A DNA stretch of 56,961 bases, counting the filler, from Bipalium vagum (taxonomy: Eukaryota), in assembly GCA_037834085.1 (NCBI GenBank). It is 3 parts of 3 records of this genome, joined end to end, with 100 filler letters (N's around TTAATTAATTAA, not from the genome) between each part and the next. Parts side by side here need not be neighbours in the genome. Positions count along the whole stretch, not along the records: positions 40,430 to 56,961 come from JBBMKC010106772.1; 2 more parts are not named here. One strand, given 5' to 3'. The position numbers and the translations under genes are program-made. Below the pieces are notes generated by a model that saw only the letters and a program-made list of their open reading frames with translations, had not been told where the DNA came from and did not search any database. Below, piece after piece: positions 52,657 to 56,961 of the stretch (positions within the stretch are counted from its first letter, which is position 1; every line of letters begins with the position of its first letter).

Positions 52657-53658
52657 ATGATTGAAAAAATGGACAATTACAATTCGGTGTACGAATTATT
52701 TGTCAAAACCGACGAACTGTACAAGTTCATTGAAGAACAAAAGCTTTTCCAATTAAAAATAATATCTTTAATGGAAGGAATTCGAGACTGTCCTGCAAGC
52801 TGTAACGACAATAAAGAATTGTCCTCGGCCCTCGTCAATTTGGCGTGCGACCTAGAGAAGTCAGTCTCATCCCAAAAGTCGATTCAGTGCGATCTGAGTG
52901 AGCTAATAGATAAGATAAAGACCTGCCAGGCCAGTACCCAGTGTGTCGAAGAAGAGTCAAACTGTTCTGACAAGGGATTCATCAATACCGATGGAAATAT
53001 TCCACTGATTTCCAATGTCACAGTAAAAAATTCCTTAAATAATCATTCTCCAATGAAAGGCGAACCTCAAGTGATCTGTGTTCCAGAACCGGAAAGAAAC
53101 ATCACAAAGTCCCCTCCCAATCCGTGCGAGCCAAATTTATGCAGGGAATACGTGGAGAACAATCTGTGTAACTCAACGTTGAGAGGCGACTTCAGGATCA
53201 TCTCAAAACCAAATATCTACATATACGTAGTGGATAACTTTAGTAAAAAGCTCCTGGAAGAAAAAGAGGAATGGTCGGAACCCTTTTACACTAGCTATAT
53301 CGGTTATAGAATGTGCGTGAAAATCGCATTTTGTCGAAAATTCATAGGGATTTACGTCAAACTGGTGGAGGGTGATTTCGATGATTTGTTAGCCTGGCCC
53401 TTTAAGTCGGAGATTGCTTTTACCTTGATCAATCAAGTGGACGAAGACAAGAATATCGTGAAGATTTTAAAACCTCACCCGTGTGATCCTGATGAATATA
53501 ACTATTGGGTCAACCCAAGATTTGGTTCCTCGTGTCACCAAGGATGGGGGTTGAGAGAATTTATTGACATTTGCTGTATCAAAGGCTCTAACGATGACTA
53601 TATATCGGAATTTGTTAGAAACAATATTATTTATATTAAAATTAAGCTTGTAGAGTAA
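52657..53658 (+). CDS. TRAF-like protein: N-terminal coiled coil + C-terminal TRAF/MATH domain, no RING or TRAF zinc fingers
   Basis: 333-aa ATG-to-TAA ORF. The C-terminal half matches TRAF-C: SEPFYT..GYRMCV..EGDFDDLLAWPF..FTLINQ..GWG..FI..FVRNNIIYIKIK. Confidence 0.85.
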   Translation: MIEKMDNYNSVYELFVKTDELYKFIEEQKLFQLKIISLMEGIRDCPASCNDNKELSSALVNLACDLEKSVSSQKSIQCDLSELIDKIKTCQASTQCVEEESNCSDKGFINTDGNIPLISNVTVKNSLNNHSPMKGEPQVICVPEPERNITKSPPNPCEPNLCREYVENNLCNSTLRGDFRIISKPNIYIYVVDNFSKKLLEEKEEWSEPFYTSYIGYRMCVKIAFCRKFIGIYVKLVEGDFDDLLAWPFKSEIAFTLINQVDEDKNIVKILKPHPCDPDEYNYWVNPRFGSSCHQGWGLREFIDICCIKGSNDDYISEFVRNNIIYIKIKLVE

Positions 53659-54419
53659 TTTCATCGATTATCTTAACTTGTTCCAACATTCTCCTGTAAT
53701 TTCAAAAATGTTCTTCATAAATTCAATAACATCCTTACCGTGCTGCATAAAAGAAACGACAATATATATCTGGGATATTTTTTGCAATGAAAAAATACAT
53801 AGAAGTAATGGTAATTATAAAGAATCCATTTTATGCAAATAAATGACATCATTTGCTTTCGAAATATTCACCGTCATAATCAATAAATCCTTATTTTCTC
53901 AAAAAATCATTGAGAATGAGTTCAATCGTCAAAAGGACGAAATTTGAATATTTGTTTAAAAGGGAAGCTTTAGTTAAGATTACGCATTTTAAAGGCGGTT
54001 TTATTTCGCGTCGCTTAAGTTAAGTTAAGCTCAAGTTTTCCATAGTAACTGCCCCTGGCAACACAGGCTCAACTTCAAGCATTAGAAACCAAACATCAAC
54101 CAAAAAAGATACCGAGGTCATAATTGCCTATCGTGTTCCGGGAGCTAAATGGATCTTGCATGAAATAAGCACTTTATGTGCAAAGTCCGAGCCACTTTTA
54201 GCACCTAGAGACTATAAGAGAATTCGAGGTCAAGATTTCCTCCTGGTAATCACTAGCCCTGGACACGAGCTGTCATTCAAAGACATTTGGACGACCACAC
54301 TTTCGGTTATTTGCGCTTCTTTTGAAACAGTAAATAAACTGAGAAGAATGGTTCTCAAACCTTTGGTCATAGGTATAAAGGTAGAACACTTAAGAACATG
54401 ACAATCCTTAATTACACTT

Positions 54420-55000
54420 TTTTCTCATGGTAGCAAAGTTTAAAAGGTTATGCGACCAGTTCAATCTAGACTGAAATAAATATCATTAATTCAACTTTTT
54501 CACTAAGCAAATAATCAATTATTTTGTGGGTTATATGAGCAGTGACAAATGATTGAGGATCCTGAGTTACTTTCTCTACATTTATTACTAACATTGGGTA
54601 AAATAAATAATCACTTTTTTTGGAAGTTCTGGAATATTGGACAATCTTAGATAGCAAAAATTTCTCATTGGAAACTTAAACAGTTCATAGTTTCTTTGTC
54701 TGGTTCGTATGAATATACCGTGATTCATTACCATTGATTAAGTGACAGAGATATTTAGAGATTCCGGTTTTGAATGTTTGGAGCGTCATGTTGCATCTTT
54801 TGACAAATTCCTCTTTTTGAGTTAAAATGCTAGTAACATGTCGAGACCTTCGAGAGATTAAATGTTTCTTGGTTGTTTGTATGTCAAATTTCTCTGAATC
54901 CATAACTTGTCGTTTAAAGTAGCCAATAAAGTCTACTTTAAAAGTGAGTCAAAATTTATACGTCCACGTAATGTATCTCAACATTTTCTGTTTGATTCTA
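54420..55000 (-). mobile_element. Highly decayed mariner-like remnant
   Basis: HLINGNESRYIH (IVTGDETWIY-like) and upstream ISRRSRHVTSILT (xRWVPxxL-like). Confidence 0.45.
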
Positions 55001-55789
55001 TTTTGGCGTAAATTTGAATTTTTACAATAAATTAGCTTGGAAACTGGAGAGATCGCAGTCTTAATAAAACGTGTTAACTTTATGAGGTTTTGTAATTAAT
55101 AAACCAAAATAGTGATCCGTAAATGATTACTGTCACATATTGGATGAGATTCAATAGAGAAATTCAAATCGTTGATGTCAAAAGAGAGAAGGTTTAAGAT
55201 GAGTGAATTTAAATAAATATTAAACAATCGTTAAATATCACCAAAAATTTTTATGGTTGTTGTTAGAGTAACTCTTAAGATGCACTTCGGTGAAGGTATA
55301 AGTCCTTAAACATCAGTAAGCCGATTGGTGAGGTTATCAGGTGATGATTAAGACAAGAATTTGTGGGTGAAACAGAAACAGATCAAATTATCTGATCAGA
55401 ATATTTACGAGAAAAAAAATTGGGTTCAAAGTGTTATTGAGTTGGAAACACAAATTACCACAACAATCCATTCTAGAATGCTTAAGAAACCTTTGAACTG
55501 AGAATTGCAATAATGTAAAATCCATAACCACAATCTGACTATTACTAGAATTATTACAAATTTTCAAACTTTCTTGTTTTAAAAATTTTTAACTTTTAAC
55601 AATTTTAAAATTTTGCGGAACACTAACATTAAAGTAAGTTGACCAACTCATCACTCTGTAACAGTTTATGAAGATAATTTTCAATGTAAAATTAAATAGT
55701 TTCAAGAATGAAGGAGAATGTTTATTTAATAAAGCTTAAATGAGTTAAAAATTATTATTAATCAATTATAATCAATCAAATAATTAAGT

Positions 55790-56193
55790 ACAAATTAATG
55801 CGAAATTTGAGCTTGATGACCTTTTATAATCTGTTTAGTCGGCAAGTGACGTTTGAGCTTTCTGGGAACCATAGCATTATTTGATAATTTACAACCACGT
55901 ACGGGCACCCGGAACGGCTATATTATTTTCAATTGTTAATGTGAATCCAAATGTTAGGAAATCGTCTTTATATTTCCGACGAGCAGTATAGTTTATGTAG
56001 TAAATATCTTTACTTACACTAGGAGTGGGCTCGTTATCCTGATCGCTAACATGGTCATCGTCATTGCCATGGTGGTGAATCTTACTTTTTTAACCGTTTT
56101 TGAACCAAAATGCTTTTACTATTCAAACATTGTTTATTTTTAATTTTCAGAAAATTTGGCGGAACAATTCGAAAAATAAGTTGAGAATCACTG
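55790..56193 (-). mobile_element. hAT (Charlie/Buster-like) element 5' end with BED-finger remnant
   Basis: Minus-strand terminus CAGTGATTCTCAAC at 56193 (Charlie-type TIR), followed by RRKYKDDFLTFGFT..P..(frameshift)..LSNNAMVPRKLKRHLPTK. Confidence 0.75.
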
Positions 56194-56961
56194 TACTGGG
56201 GTTATTTCAACTTCGAAACCGAAAAACATGATACAATCTCTATGGTTTAGTTCTCCTAATTTATTACTACTAATTGATCATTTACTACAAAATTAGCTGA
56301 TCACGATGGACTGCAATACGAAGAGTGTTTTATAAGAAAGGAAATTAAGTTACTTGAACCCATTGTACAACAAAGAGTCTAACACAATTGTCCCTAATAA
56401 ATCCCTTTGCCAAGGCTACTGATAGACTGAGTTATTTTTAAAACATGCCTGCCAATCAAAATGAACCCCTTTCTTACCACCGAACTATTATTAGTATTTT
56501 TGAATGTCGAACAACATTCGCTCAAACGTTTACTTCGCCAAATTCTTGTTTCTCTCAATCTTTCCAGTTAAATCGCAAGATCTAATCGGTGTTCATATTC
56601 ATTCTTTATTTAAATATTACTTCTCTTTCAAGAAAAAATTGTGTAACTTTGGTTTCCACTTTTTTTGAAATTTTAATTTAATTAATTTTCACAAACGGAA
56701 ATTTTGTTTTAATCTCCAAAATTCTTTTATAGGTCAAAATATCGGGAATGAAAAAATCTGGAGTCATGTCACATATTAATTGAAATGTTGACGGGAGAGT
56801 GGTCTCGAAATGCGACATTCATAATTAATTACATGTTCGTTTCGGTGGAGGGGGGTTGGTTTGATGATTGAAGAGTTCAAGAAACACGAATATGTAATTA
56901 AAGGTTTTGACCTCTTTAATTGAGGTTTTTAATTATCAATATCATATTATTTTATATTTAT

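Noticed and set aside
54070-54401. ORF 54156-54401 as a gene
   Set aside because: TTG start, no recognisable domain and no convincing exon structure.

Overview
Very AT-rich invertebrate (protostome, possibly flatworm-like) nuclear DNA, not prokaryotic. The window is three separate scaffolds joined by artificial N44-TTAATTAATTAA-N44 spacers (23528-23627, 40330-40429). Scaffold A (1-23527) holds a beta-adrenergic-like octopamine receptor GPCR (+), a divergent synaptotagmin-like gene with a single coding exon (-), and five internal exons of a large spectrin-repeat (nesprin/MSP-300-like) gene (+). Scaffold B (23628-40329) holds 17 internal exons, about 13 I-set Ig domains, of a hemicentin-like gene (-). 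Scaffold C (40430-56961) holds a six-exon, 3'-truncated ribose-5-phosphate isomerase (RPIA) gene (-) that the ORF track misses, and a single-ORF RING-less TRAF/MATH protein (+). Introns are bimodal: 41-68 nt mini-introns with weak splice sites, or long introns that mostly contain transposon remnants. Non-coding DNA is packed with decayed elements: many mariner copies, Tc1-like, DD37D/maT-like, pogo/Tigger-like, Merlin, hAT-Charlie/Buster and a Ty3/gypsy fragment. I found no clear new multi-gene system. The best leads are possible nesting of two neuronal genes in a nesprin-like intron, a TRAF with a duplicated 45-aa Cys-capped coiled-coil unit in place of RING/zinc fingers, the unusual synaptotagmin, and a near-perfect 69-bp intronic inverted repeat. 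All gene models and family calls are by-eye reconstructions with no database searches.
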